From NCBI GenBank assembly GCA_951406725.2, contig OX597829.1, forward strand, positions 41,416,001-41,480,000: DNA of 64,000 bases, read 5' to 3'. Positions 1-13,835 of this stretch are shown piece by piece. A program made the position numbers and the translations under genes. The DNA comes from Octopus vulgaris (lineage: Eukaryota). A model generated the notes under the pieces. The model did not search any database, was not told the origin of the DNA, and worked only from the letters and a program-made list of their open reading frames with translations. Within the stretch, counting starts at the first letter, position 1, and each line of letters starts with the position of its first letter.

Positions 1-455
1 TATACATACATACATGCATATATGCGGGTATGTCATACCCCGAACTATTGAACAGGATTTGAGCACAAATATATATACACACACAAATTATACGGGTGTA
101 TGTATATACGGGTGTTAGCGGTGTGTATGCACACACAGCACTATGTATATAAGCTCATGTGTGTATGTGTATATATATATATATATGCAAATTCTACATG
201 ATCCCTATGAGTATGCACATTAGAGCATTTATCGTATGTGTCCAAGGGTACATTTACAGGGGTGTCTAAAATACGTGCGCTTACATGTGTGCATGCAGGG
301 TATATATACAAAAACGTCACCATGTGTGTGTATACTTACATGTCCAATCGTTTGACAGATACTATTTCCAAGGAAACAACATGAAAACAACAACAAACTC
401 GGCCCAATATGACTGATGGCCGTCACCCTTATAATGTTAACAATGAACTACGTAC

Positions 456-947
456 CTGCCTTTGACGGTCTTGTAACGGTAGGGCCATCCACGGCATGTC
501 CGCTAAGTACTTTTGGTAAAGGGGCCAGTTTAGGGTCTCAAGTGCGGTGTCTGTCGATACAAAGATGATCTCTAAATTGTCCCGTAAGGGGGAATTCTGT
601 TTGAAATCTTTATAGAACCGCAGCACTGTGTTGAAAGCGTGCTGCGGTGTTCCCAAAACACAGCCCGCAGGGGCGACGTTCGACGATGAAGATGAAGAGG
701 CAGACGACAACAAGCCGCCATCTTCTTCTCTGTAGCTGTCGGGCAAGATGGCGAAGAACAAACCGATTATTTTGTCCTTTCCACTGATGTCTTTAACGGC
801 CAGCAGAGGAGAACACTTTCGGTGATGTCCGTCGTCCGTGCTGACGCTGCTGTCGTCGCTAGAAGTGGAGGCCGATATGGTGTTGTCCGCCGAGAGATTC
901 TGACAAGGGACGACGTAGTTTCCTAAAAGGTTTTCAATGGCGGCCAT
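456..947 (-). CDS. NXN: Nucleoredoxin-like protein, first coding exon (N-terminal thioredoxin-like domain); gene continues leftward beyond the window
   Basis: ORF MAAIENLLG...KIIGLFFA...FYKDFK...LEIIFVSTD...YLADMPWMALPLQDRQRQ matches nucleoredoxin N-terminal motifs (LLG, GLYF, LEIVFVSSD, DMPWLALP). CAG|GTACGT donor follows 456, giving 164 codons in phase 0; ORF residues VRSSLLTL are intronic read-through. Region is GC/CpG-rich relative to the window. Confidence 0.85.
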
Positions 948-1200
948 AACGACTGGATGGCGGGAAGTAGCATCACTCCTCTGACTCTTCCTCGCACTAT
1001 CCTCCTACCTCGTTTCTCTGCAATCCTCCTCCTCCCGGCACCCGCTTTCTTTCTTTTTTTACTCCCTAATATCTCTTACTAGCACAATCTCTAAGTTACA
1101 CTAGGCTGCTACCCTGTCTCTTTCTCTCTACATTTCAGCATCTGCCTCTGCTTCGCTTTCTCTTTCCCCTTACCTCTCTTCACTTACGCCTCCCTTGTCT
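948..1200 (-). promoter_or_regulatory. Probable 5' UTR/proximal promoter of the nucleoredoxin-like gene
   Basis: Unique, CpG-containing, purine-rich (minus strand) sequence directly upstream of the ATG; transcription start not identifiable. Confidence 0.3.
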
Positions 1201-1684
1201 CTTTATATATATATGTATATATATGTATATATATGTATATATATGTATGTATATGTATGTATGTATCTCCGTCGGCACCCTTATCTTTACTTCTGCCTGT
1301 GTCTATCTTTTATAGTTTCATGCTAACTACCTTTCAGTTTCTGTTTGAGTCATTCATTTGTTCTCTCCATCCTTTTCTCTCTGTCTATGTCACTGTCTGT
1401 TTCTGTCTCTGCCTGTCTATCTACCCCACACACACTCTCTCTATCGATTGATCAATCTTTCTCTGTCTCAACCTTTTAGTACTCTATGATCTATGATCTT
1501 TACTCCGTCCGTCCGCCCGTCCGTCTGTTTCTTTGAAACCCCTCCAGTCTAGTTAGTCAGTGCTATTGACTTCTTCATTCACTATCATCAAAATTATCAA
1601 AGAGTTGCAGCATCAGCAGCAACAGCTTACTTTTCTCTCCTTCCCTTTCTTTCTTTTTATTATTGCATCGTTACACCAATTCCT

Positions 1685-1689
1685 TTTTC

Positions 1690-1720
<31 letters not shown>

Positions 1721-2100
1721 GTCTGTCTGTCTGTCTGTCTTTCTTTCTTTCTGTCTTTCTTTCTTCCTTTCTTTCTTTCTTTCTCTCGTTCTTTCTTTCT
1801 CTCTCTCTTTCTTTCTTTCTTTCTCTCCCGCTCTTTCTTTCCTTCTTTCTTTCTTTCCTTTTTCTCTGTCTGTCTGTCTTTCTTTCTTTCTTTCTTTCTT
1901 CCTTTCTTTCTTTCTTTCTTTCTTCCTTTCTTTCTTTCTTTCTTTCTTTCTATATATCTTTCTTTCTTTCTCTCGTTCTTTCTTTCTCTCTCTTTCTTTC
2001 TTCCTTTCTTTCCTTCTTTCTTTCTTCCTTCCTTCCTTTATTTCTTTCTCTCTCTCTCTCTTTCTTTCCTTCTTTCTTTCTTTCTCTCGTTCTTTCTTCT
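1685..2100. repeat. (TTTC)n/(TC)n/(TCTG)n compound microsatellite
   Basis: Read directly; source of the spurious FLSF/RKKE ORFs. Confidence 0.95.
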
Positions 2101-2452
2101 GCCTCATCTCTTCTGTCTTCCATTCTTTCCTTTTCATGTTTTTCTTAACTCTTTCTTTCTGTTTCTTTTCATCTGTTCTCTCACTTTCACTTCTATGCTT
2201 TCCCTTTCTAGTTTTGCCATTCTCTGCGCTCTCTGTTTCTCCAATTCTCTTCCACCACCCCTGTCTAGTTTTGCCTGACTCACTTGGGCAAGTTTTTCTT
2301 CCCTTTCTACCTGTCTTCTCCCACCCAACCACATCACTATTCTTTGTATTCTCAAAATTTCTAAAATCTCTTTTTCTTTTCATGGAAGGTATGACTGTAT
2401 AAATGCAGATGCATTCACATACATGTCACTGTATCTTTATGTGTACTCGGGA

Positions 2453-3085
<633 letters not shown>

Positions 3086-3597
3086 GAGTACTGTAAATAT
3101 CTGAGACAGAAATAGGAAAGGAACATTGCAAATATTAGTAGTAAGAAAGAAAAAAGAGAAGGTAGTGTTGCAAGAATATTAGAAAAAGGGAGGGAGAGAA
3201 AGAGAGAGAGAAACATTTTTAGAATTAAAGACTTAGAGAAAGAAGAAAAGAAAGAGTGGGAGAAGGAGAGAGGCAGAGACAGGGAGAGATTTTCAAAATC
3301 AGAGACTAAGAGAAAGAGAGAGAGAGAGAGGGGGGGATAGGGAAGGAGAGACAGTTTGTTAGAGCTGCATAACGAGTTCTAACAGTAAGAGCATCACCCC
3401 CCCATTGAAGACAAATGTCCTGCCCCCCCCCCCCCCGCCGCCATTGTTCAGTCCCTGGTACACACTGGAACACACACAAAGTTGGTATTGTGGCACATTG
3501 GTTGTCATATCAACCCAAAGCTAGTCCAATCTTTCACCCAACTTTATTTGTCCCACTCACACAGTAGTCTCTAATTTCTCTCTTTATTCACTATGTG

Positions 3598-3692
<95 letters not shown>

Positions 3693-3728
3693 GGCCGGCC
3701 GTCTGTCTATCTATCTATCTATCTACCT

Positions 3729-3789
<61 letters not shown>

Positions 3790-3884
3790 AGTAAAAAGAT
3801 AGCTACACTGACATATATATTCTTATATATACATGTGTGTATTTATATATATATATATAAATACACACACACATATATACAAAT

Positions 3885-3916
<32 letters not shown>

Positions 3917-4291
3917 GTAGATAGATAGATAGATAGATAGATAAACAGACAGACAGATAGACAGATAGGTAGGTAGGTAATTAAGTAAGTAAGTAGTAGA
4001 TAGGTAGGAAGGAAGGTAGATAGATTGATAGATATGCAGATATATTGATAGACAGATAAATAGATAGATAGACAGACAGATAAATAGATAGATTGATAGA
4101 CAGATAAATAGATAGAAAGATAGATAGATATGTATGTATGTATTTGTATTTTCACATGTCTGTGATGTGCATATAATATAAAAGAAAGAAAGAGAGAGTG
4201 CGAAAAGGGGAGGGGCAGAGAGGAGAGATCTCCAAAATTAGAGACTAAGAAAAAGAGGGAGAAAGAGAGAGAGAAAGTTTCTTATTTTTTA

Positions 4292-4480
4292 ATTCTTATT
4301 TCAGTCATTTGACTGTGGCCATGCTGGAGCACCACCTTTAGTTGAACAAATTGACCACAGAACTTATTCTTGGCGAGCCAAGTACGTACTTATTTTATTG
4401 GCCTCTTTTGCCGAACTGCTAAGTGACAGGAACATAAACACACCAGCTTTGGTTGTCAAGCGATAGTCAGGGAACAGATA

Positions 4481-4526
<46 letters not shown>

Positions 4527-4686
4527 TATGAGGGGCTTCTTTCAGTTTTTGTCTATCAAATCCACTCACAAGGCTTTGGTCAGCCTGAGGCTATAGCAGA
4601 AGATACTTGCCCATGGTGCCACGTAGTGGGACTGAACCCGGAACCATGTGGTTTGGAAGCAAGCTTCTTACCATACAGCCACTCTG
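4292..4686 (-). mobile_element. tRNA-derived SINE family A, diverged copy
   Basis: Same head, body and tail as the 12711 copy, in reverse orientation. Confidence 0.85.
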
Positions 4687-4777
4687 TCAGTGATTCAGAA
4701 GAAAGAGCTAAATATTTATGTATATACTTACACACACACAGATACACATATATGCACACACATATACATATATGTAT

Positions 4778-4810
<33 letters not shown>

Positions 4811-4837
4811 CATATATAAACAGCCAGATAAATAGAT

Positions 4838-5071
4838 AAGGCGGCGAGCTGGCAGAAACGTTAGCACTCCGGGCGAAATGCTTAGCAGTATTTCGTCTGT
4901 CGCTACATTCTGAGTTCAAATTCCGTCGAGGTCGACTTTGCCTTTCATCATTTTGGGGGTCGATTAAATAAGTACCAGTTACGCACTGGGGTTCGATATT
5001 ATCGACTTAATTGTTTGTCTGTCCTTGTTTGTCCCCTCCGTGAGTAGCCCCTTGTGGGCAGTAAAGGAATA
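4838..5071 (+). mobile_element. tRNA-derived SINE family B, full length
   Basis: Head GGCGGCGAGCTGGCAGAAACG (A-box-like) and GAGTTCAAATTCC (B box); central GGTCGACTTTGCCTTTCATC...AAATAAGTACCAG domain (Meta-domain-like, from memory); TSD AGATAAATAGA at 4826-4836 and 5072-5082. Confidence 0.9.
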
Positions 5072-5121
5072 AGATAAATAGACAGACAGACAGATAGATG
5101 AATAGACAGACAGTTAGAAAC

Positions 5122-5170
<49 letters not shown>

Positions 5171-5243
5171 CAGATATAGATTTATAGATATTTGCATAAA
5201 TATGGTATGGCTTTTGTTTGAAGTCACAATTAAAGAAACACTA

Positions 5244-5662
5244 TACTCTTTTACTCTTTTACTCTTTTACTTGTTTCAGTCATTTGACTGCGGCCATGCT
5301 GGAGCACCGCCTTCATTCGAGCAACTCGACCCCGGGACTTATTCTTTTGTAAGTCCAGTACTTATTTTGTCGGTCTATTTTGCCGAACCGCAAGATAACG
5401 GGGGCATAAACACACCAGCATCGGTTGTCAAGCAATGCTAGGGGGACAAACACAGACACACAAACACACACACACATACATATATATACATATATACACG
5501 ACGGGCTTCTTTCAGTTTCCGTCTACCAAATCCACTCACAAGGCTTTGGTCGGCCCGAGGCTATAGTAGAAGACACTTACCCAAGGTGCCACGCAGTGGG
5601 ACTGAACCCGGAACCATGTGGTTGGTAAACAAGCTACTTACCACACAGCCACTCCTGCGCCT
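5244..5662 (-). mobile_element. SINE family A, full length
   Basis: Head AGGCGCAGGAGTGGCTGTGTGG at 5662, B box GGTTCAGTCC, internal TA/TG microsatellite, (GAGTAAAA)n tail at 5244. Confidence 0.92.
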
Positions 5663-5814
5663 AGATATTCAAGTTTGACTTTATTTTTAAGGTATTTTCT
5701 TAATTCTTTATTATTTTCTTTCATGTTTTTTCATTTGAAACAATGACATCTCTATGTGATTGTGTATGTATGCATGTGTGTATGTATGTGTGAGAGTGGG
5801 TATGCATGTATGTA

Positions 5815-5850
<36 letters not shown>

Positions 5851-6224
5851 TGTGCATGTGCGTGTTTGATGTGTGCTTGTGTTTAGAGTGTAATTTTAGA
5901 AGCTGCAAGAAATATGAAAATAAGTTTTCTATTTCTGATATCAAAAGGACATGCCGTTATAAATAATTGCTCAAAAATACATTCAGTTCAGAAAAAGGCT
6001 TGGATGGGGGAAACAAAAAAAAAAGAAAAAGATATCGCAACTTTCTAGGTTACAGTAAATGTATGGTGCATGTCCGATGAGTAGCCTTTAACTTATTTTC
6101 TGTCTTCGGTGATTTTTAATTAAATGTAGTAATTAGCTCTGTCATTTATAGCTGTATGTTCACTTGAGATAACCATAAACAAAAGACAGAGACACACACA
6201 CACACACACACACACGCACGCACG

Positions 6225-6269
<45 letters not shown>

Positions 6270-6929
6270 ACACACACATTAGTTGATTGCAATTAGCTAC
6301 AAACTGAAAGATGCAGTACAAAGTTTTGTCAGTGAACAAGTTGTGGTTTGTAAAGCGATGAAAATATTTTGACACAAATTAAAAATTTAAATGTTGAAAT
6401 GAAACTAACGGTTTTTGTGTGTTCTTGAATGGCTTACACACATCTTCCGTGTTGCAATCGTTTTCTAAAAATACAATTGTCACATAATGGCAGTATGTGA
6501 TTATATTACACATACACACACACACATACACACACACATATGTACACACACAACATGCATATGCACACATACACATATATTTGTATAAACCCACATGTAT
6601 ATCTATACTTGCTTTTATATATGTATGTACCTGTGGTAGGTACTAGGAAGGACATCCAAACTATGAAAACCAATCCAAAGCAGGGATTGGCGCTTGATGA
6701 AGTTCTTAAACACATTGAAGCCTATCAAACCGTCTGACCCATGCCAACGTGGAACATGGAACTTTAAATGATATTGATGGTGGTGATGATGATGATGATG
6801 ATGATGAGGGTGATGATGATGATGATGATGATGTTAATGATATATAGTTATATCTACATAAACACACACATATGTATGTATCAATGAGATGAAAATGAGC
6901 TATGAGAGTATTTGAGCAGCAAAGACAAA

Positions 6930-7086
6930 CGGCCGTGTGGTAAGTAGCTTGCTTACCAACCACATGGTTCTGGGTTCAGTCCCACTGTGCGGCACCTTGG
7001 GCAAGTGTCTTCAACTATAGCCTTGGGCCGACCAAAGCCTTGTGAGTGGATTTGGTAGACGGAAACTGAAAGAAACCCGTTGTATG

Positions 7087-7150
<64 letters not shown>

Positions 7151-7388
7151 ATATGTATGTATATATATGTTTGTGTGCCTGTGTTTGTCCCTCCAACATC
7201 GCTTGACAACCAGTGCTAGTGTGTTTACATCCCCGTCACTTAGCGGTTCGGCAAGAGAGACTGATAGAATAAATACTAGGCTTACATGTAATAAGTCCTG
7301 CGGTCGATTTGCTCGACTAAAGGTGGTGCTCCAGCATGGCCACAGTCAAATGACTGAAACAAATAAAAGAAAAAGAAAAGAAAAAAAG
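6930..7388 (+). mobile_element. SINE family A
   Basis: Near-complete copy with A-rich tail. Confidence 0.9.
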
Positions 7389-8034
7389 TTGATAATTTAA
7401 GTGCGCTCGGCAGCTGTTTCAATAGCATAAAACATCATTATTTATGTAAGGATTTTTTTATAATGATATTTTATGCCATTGAAACAGTGGTTGAACTCAA
7501 TGAAATTATTAATTATTGTTAAAAATTATGCTTTTCTGCTTATTATTCTCTGCCATATTCAATGATCGTTTCAGCTGATTCTATACAAAGGTGCAAGTTT
7601 GTTGTATTTGCAGTTACTGTTTTGTATTAATGTATTGAAGCTTAACAATGGATTATTATTAACTGAGCTATTTGCCTGTCTGTTTTTCTGCCTGCCTGCC
7701 TGTCTGTCTGCCTGCCTGTCTGTTTGTCTGTCTGCCTGTCTGTCTTTCTATCTATCCATCTGACAATATCCATCTAAACATTCATCATCTAATATACTTA
7801 TTTACATCTATACACATGTGTGTGTATGTTCATGTGTATGTGTGTGTGTATGTGCATGTGTGTCTGTGTGTGTGTGTATATATACATGTGTGTGTATACA
7901 TATATGAATGTATATATATATATATGTATGTATATGTGGGTATATGTATAAATAATACACATATGCACATATATATGTATGTATTATCTACCTACCCCAC
8001 CTCTCTCTCTATCTCTCTCTCTATATATATATAC

Positions 8035-8087
<53 letters not shown>

Positions 8088-8088
<1 letters not shown>

Positions 8089-8487
8089 GAGTGGCTGTGT
8101 GGTAAGTAGCTTGCTTACCAACCACATGGTTCCGGGTTCAGTCCCACTGTGTGGCACCTTGGGCAAGTATCTTCTACTATAGCCTCGGGCTGACCAAAGC
8201 CTTGTGAGTGGATTTGGTAGACGGAAACTGAAAGAAGCCCGTCGTATATATGTATATATATATATATGTGTGTGTGTATGTTTGTGTGTCTGTGTTTCCC
8301 CCCTTAGCATTGCTTGACAACCGATGCTGGTGTGTTTACGTCCCCGTCATCACTTAGCGGTTCGGCAAAAGAGACCTATAGAATAAGTACTGGGCTTACA
8401 AAGAATAAGTCCTGGGGTTGAGTTGCTCGATTAAAAGGCGGTGCTCCAGCATGGCCGCAGTCAAATGACTGAAACAAGTAAAAGAGT
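8088..8487 (+). mobile_element. SINE family A
   Basis: Near-complete copy between (TA)n tracts. Confidence 0.9.
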
Positions 8488-8511
8488 ATATATATATAAC
8501 ATATATGTGCG

Positions 8512-8545
<34 letters not shown>

Positions 8546-8869
8546 AGCATATGTGCATTAATGCATATATTTTTAGGCATTGCACTTGTTTGACAAGGAA
8601 TATAATGTTTCTATGTATTTGTCTTGATGCACGTTTGTATGTACAGCCCCAGACTCTGTGATTCTTTTTCTGCAAGTCATGTTCCATCTGTTTTTGTCTA
8701 TGCAATTTATCTGTATAAAAAAGGATAAAAATAAAAACTAAAGAGAAGAAGAAAAAAGAAAAAAAAAAAACTAAAGAGAAGTAATGATGGTAATGTGAAT
8801 ATGTGTATGTGCCAGTCAGTGCAAGTATGTGTAAGGAAGCATGTATACTGCATTTTATTTTGTTGTATC

Positions 8870-8908
<39 letters not shown>

Positions 8909-9177
8909 GCATGTGTTTACGCATACAGATATAAATAAATGTACAACCAATCAAAGAATAAGCATATAAATGCACACACACGTGCACACACACACACGTG
9001 CACACACACACACATGTATATACATCTATTTATATATATATAAACATAAATATGTATACATATATAGACACACACACACACACACACATACACACACACA
9101 CACACATATATAACATATAGTATAAATAATATATAAATTTATGCATATATACATACATATATGTACATACCTACATA

Positions 9178-9234
<57 letters not shown>

Positions 9235-9414
9235 CAAAATTAGAAAATGGAGAAACATACTTAAATCAATCAAACATCAACCATCAGATGATACCCAATC
9301 AATACTTTATTACACCATTACATAACAGCAAAGGCATTATACAAAATATATTGTAAATATAATTAGACAAGGAAATAGAAATATAAAATATAAAATATAA
9401 TATATAATTATATC

Positions 9415-9530
9415 ATATCTGACAGCTGTTTTGGCCGTAAGGACAAGTATGCCTCATTTAACCTATAAGCCATATAAGGCAGGTATAAATGAGACATTAA
9501 CAAGAATGTCCCACGGCCTCTTCAGAGAAT
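9415..9530 (-). ncRNA. Type I hammerhead-ribozyme-like motif with long stem II (Penelope pLTR type), G12 mutated to A
   Basis: Minus strand reads TCT-CTGAAGA-GGCCGT...ACGGCC-AAAAC-AGCT-GTC-AGA; stems I, II and III can all pair. Confidence 0.6.
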
Positions 9531-9860
9531 TTAATTTATTGTAAGTGTGAAAAAATTTTTTTACATATAAATATAAAAATATAAAATATAAAAACGTGTG
9601 CATAGACACTCATAATACTACACATATATATATACTCATTAATACAATAATACAAAATAAACAAAATATATCAATATACATTAACAAACACAGTTATTCT
9701 ACATATTGGACTTCTAGTTCCATAACTAACCTCAAGGAAAATATATGCACACTCACATTTAAATTTAAATCAGACATATACATAAAAAATAATAAAAAAA
9801 ACACACAGTTCAGTTCATAAAAGTATAACCCTACAAAAGTCAATAAAAATTATTATTAAT

Positions 9861-9925
<65 letters not shown>

Positions 9926-10577
9926 CAACCATGACTGTACCAAGTACATCAATCGGACATCTACATATCTATAAGTCTAATTCTTCTGTCCGCTTGATAT
10001 ATACATGTATATATGGGTAAAGGACATCAAAAAAGCATTGAACACAATGAGAAACGAAAACATAAAAACAAAAACATAGAAAACAAACTTTTTTCGAACA
10101 ACGGAAAAAACAGAGAAACAAGACAATCAACATAAAGAACATTTCCCTTCATCAGTTGTCCCTGTTTCATGTACTCTGTGTTTCGAAGGTAAGGACAATA
10201 CCTGACTTCATTTAAACAGTCCTTCCCGCAGAGCTAATAAAAAATAAAATTTAGGATTTTTTGCGGAGGGTGAAAGTGGTAACAAGAACAGGACAGTGAG
10301 AACAAGACAAATGGTGAGGGCTGTCGAGCCAAGATGATAGAAAAATTATTATGAACGCGAGGAGGATGAGCTATGAGAGGAGACAGGTATAGGCACGTCT
10401 TGTCTTTAGGAAGGAAATGGACAAAAAGATAGATTCCTTTTCATCATACATACATACATACACAGTCGCTTATAAACTGATATCTATATCATCTATTTGC
10501 CTGTCTCTCTGTCTATGTATATGCATGTATATGTATGTATATATCTATATCTATATCTATGCATGTATTTATTTATC

Positions 10578-10658
<81 letters not shown>

Positions 10659-11313
10659 GTATGTATATATATATATATGTGTGTGTGTATGTGTGTGTGT
10701 GTATATGTGTTTGTGTGTGTGTGTGTGAATGTGTGTATTTTTAGAATTTTCTTAGGCATAGCAATGATAATAACCTTGCGTGAGAACTTAATATACGTAT
10801 GATTCAGAATAAAGTGTCAGTTGAGAACAGAGCATAATATGAAATTATATAAATGACAAAGGGAACAGGAATTACGCAATGAATTTCATTAGCTCACAGC
10901 CGTTTCTGCTATAAGATCCAAGAAAACTATAAGGTGATGCACAAACACTCAGCTCTGAGTGCTCTGCACCTTACAGTAGAAACAGCTGTCAGATAATGAA
11001 GTTGATAACTTAAGTGCTGTTTTTTTTTTGTCATTTATTTAATTTCATATATTCTTTCATACATGTTTCAGTCATTTAACTGCAGTCATACTGGAGCACC
11101 ATCTTAAAGGATTTTTAGTTGAAGAAATCAACCCCAGGACTTATTTTTGTTAGCCTGGTACTTATTCTACTGGTCTCTCTTGCCAAACAGCTAAATTACA
11201 GTGATGTAAATGCACCAACATCAGTTGTCAAGCAGGGGCTCTGGTGGTGGCAAACACTGACACAAAGACATACACTCATAAATATATATATATATGCATA
11301 TATACATACACAC

Positions 11314-11353
<40 letters not shown>

Positions 11354-11632
11354 GCAATAAGTGATGATAGTGGCTATATTTATATTGAAGTGATTTTACT
11401 ACTACTATTAATTTTTTTACTATAATCATTTCTTAAATATAGCCACGAAACACGTGTTGTTATTCTACCAAATATATATGTTTTATTTATTATTTTGCAA
11501 TATACTTAATCATTGGTATATTATTGTTATTTTAATTTTAATATTTCTTTTATATGTAATTTTCTAGATAGTGTAATTTAATTGTTCATTTTGAATTGAT
11601 AAAAGGTGTTTTTTTTCTAATTTTATATATAT

Positions 11633-12017
11633 AGGCGCAGAAGTGGCTGTGTGGTAAGTAGCTTGCTAACCAACCACATGGTTCCGGGTTCAGTCCCACT
11701 GCGTGGCATCTTGGGCAAGTGTCTTCTGCTATAGCCCCGGGCCCACCAATGCCTTGTGAATAGATTTGGTAGACGGAAACTGAAAGAAGCCTGTCGTATA
11801 TATGTATATATATATATATGTATGTGTGTGTGTTTGTGTGCTAGTGTGTTTACATCCCCGCCACTTAGCGGTTCGGCAAAAAGAGACCGATAGAATAAGT
11901 ACTGGGCTTACAAAGAATAAGTCCCGGGGTCGATTTGCTCGACTAAAGGCGGTGCTCCAGCATGGCCGCAGTCAAATGACTGAAACAAGTAAAAGATAAA
12001 AGAAAAGAAAAGAAAGA
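11633..12017 (+). mobile_element. SINE family A with internal deletion
   Basis: Intact head and tail; lacks the GTCCCCC...GACAACCGATG segment. Confidence 0.9.
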
Positions 12018-12102
12018 AATATATATATTATATTTTGTGAAATCTTATTTAGTATTTCTAAATTGAATTTTTCCCTGTAAGTTAGGAATAATATTCCCTC
12101 AA

Positions 12103-12196
<94 letters not shown>

Positions 12197-12710
12197 GTGC
12201 CAATGCATGAAATATGAAATTCTCGGACCTTGAGTCACTCTGTTGCTTCTGCAAATTATTAAAAATCTATCTATATATAAATCTTTTATCTTTTACTTGA
12301 TTCAGTCATTAAACTGTGGCCATGCTGGGGCATAGCCTTGAAGAACTTTTAGTCGAATAGATCGACCCCTCTCCCCCAGTACTTTTAATTTTTAAGTCCG
12401 AGACTTATTCTATTGGTCCCTATGCAAAGCGGTTATCAAACTCTGGGAAGGGGGACAAACATACACGCACGCACACATGCACTCACACACACACATAAAT
12501 GAGTGACAAAGATGTACAGGTGTCAATTCATTACAGCTGTCTCAATCACCCCCCCTGCTGCTATTTCTTTGGTAGAATCAATGTAAATATTTGAGCTCCA
12601 GTTGGTGATGTGAATATGTTAAAACAGCTGGTCAGTCCTTTGTGTTTGAAGTCTATGCTGTCATCTGACGAAAACGGTTTCTTTACAAAGATGTACTGTT
12701 TTCATTAACT

Positions 12711-13116
12711 AGGCGCAGGAGTGGCTGTGTGGTAAGTAGCTTGCTAACTAACCACATGGTTCCGGGTTCAGTCCCACTGCGTAGCATCTTGGGCAAGTGT
12801 CTTCTGCTATAGCCTCGGGCCGACCAATGCCTTGTGAGTGGATTTGGTAGACGGAAACTGAAAGAAGTCTGTCGTATATATGTATGTGTGTGTGCGTGTT
12901 TGTGTGTCTGTGTTTGTCCCCCTAGCATTGCTTGACAACCGATGCTGGTGTGTTTACGTCCCCGTCACTTAGCGGTTCAGCAAAAAGAGACTGATAGAAT
13001 AAGTATTGGGCTTACAAAGAATAAGTCCCGGGGTCGATTTGCTCGACTAAAAGCGGTGCTCCAGCATGGCTGCAGTCAAATGATTGAAACAAGTAAAAGA
13101 GTAAAAGGGAGAGAGT
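12711..13116 (+). mobile_element. SINE family A, full length (reference copy)
   Basis: tRNA-like head (TGGCTGTGTGG A box, GGTTCAGTCC B box), CORE-like CTTGGGCAAGT, internal microsatellite, tail GCGGTGCTCCAGCATGG...GAAACAAGTAAAAGAG. Confidence 0.92.
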
Positions 13117-13799
13117 AATTAAAGGAGTCACTTGAAATGGCTGTAATGAATTGACACCTGTACATTTTTGTTATTCATTTATATTTCATTCACCTACCTT
13201 AGAATCTGCACATTGGAAATATTACAGAAAGAATTTTATATAAAGTATATGTCTGAACAACCATGAGCAGATCTATTCACTAAGTTGGATCATGTTATCA
13301 GCATACACTGCAAGAATATCAAGTGCAAACGCTTCTGCACAGAGTTTGATATTTACTTCATATTGCTTGGGTATGCATGTTACTTTGACGTAACCAGGTG
13401 CCTCAATTTAAATACTTAATTCAACTGAATCTTAACTATCTTATATATATATATATAATGATTATTTGAGGGAATATTAATCCTAACTTACAGGGAAAAA
13501 AATTCAATTTAGAAATACTAAATCAAATTTCACACAATATAATATATATATATATATTAAAAAATTAGAAAGAACCACCTTTTATCAATTCAAAATGAAC
13601 AATTAAATTACACCATCTAGAAAATTACATATAACAGAAATATTAAAATTTAAATAACAATAAAATACCAATGATCAAGTAAATTGCAAAAAAATAATAA
13701 AAACGTATATAATTTTGAATTGATAAAAGGTGGTTCTTTCTAATTTTTTTCATATATATATAATATGCCTTTAAAATATATATATATATAATATGCCTT

Positions 13800-13835
<36 letters not shown>

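Noticed and set aside
429-455. C-terminal VRSSLLTL of the 172-aa ORF as real protein
   Set aside because: Follows a strong CAG|GTACGT donor where homology stops; intronic.
12711-12790. tRNA genes at SINE heads
   Set aside because: A/B boxes are present but every copy continues into a SINE body; no clean cloverleaf or poly-T terminator.
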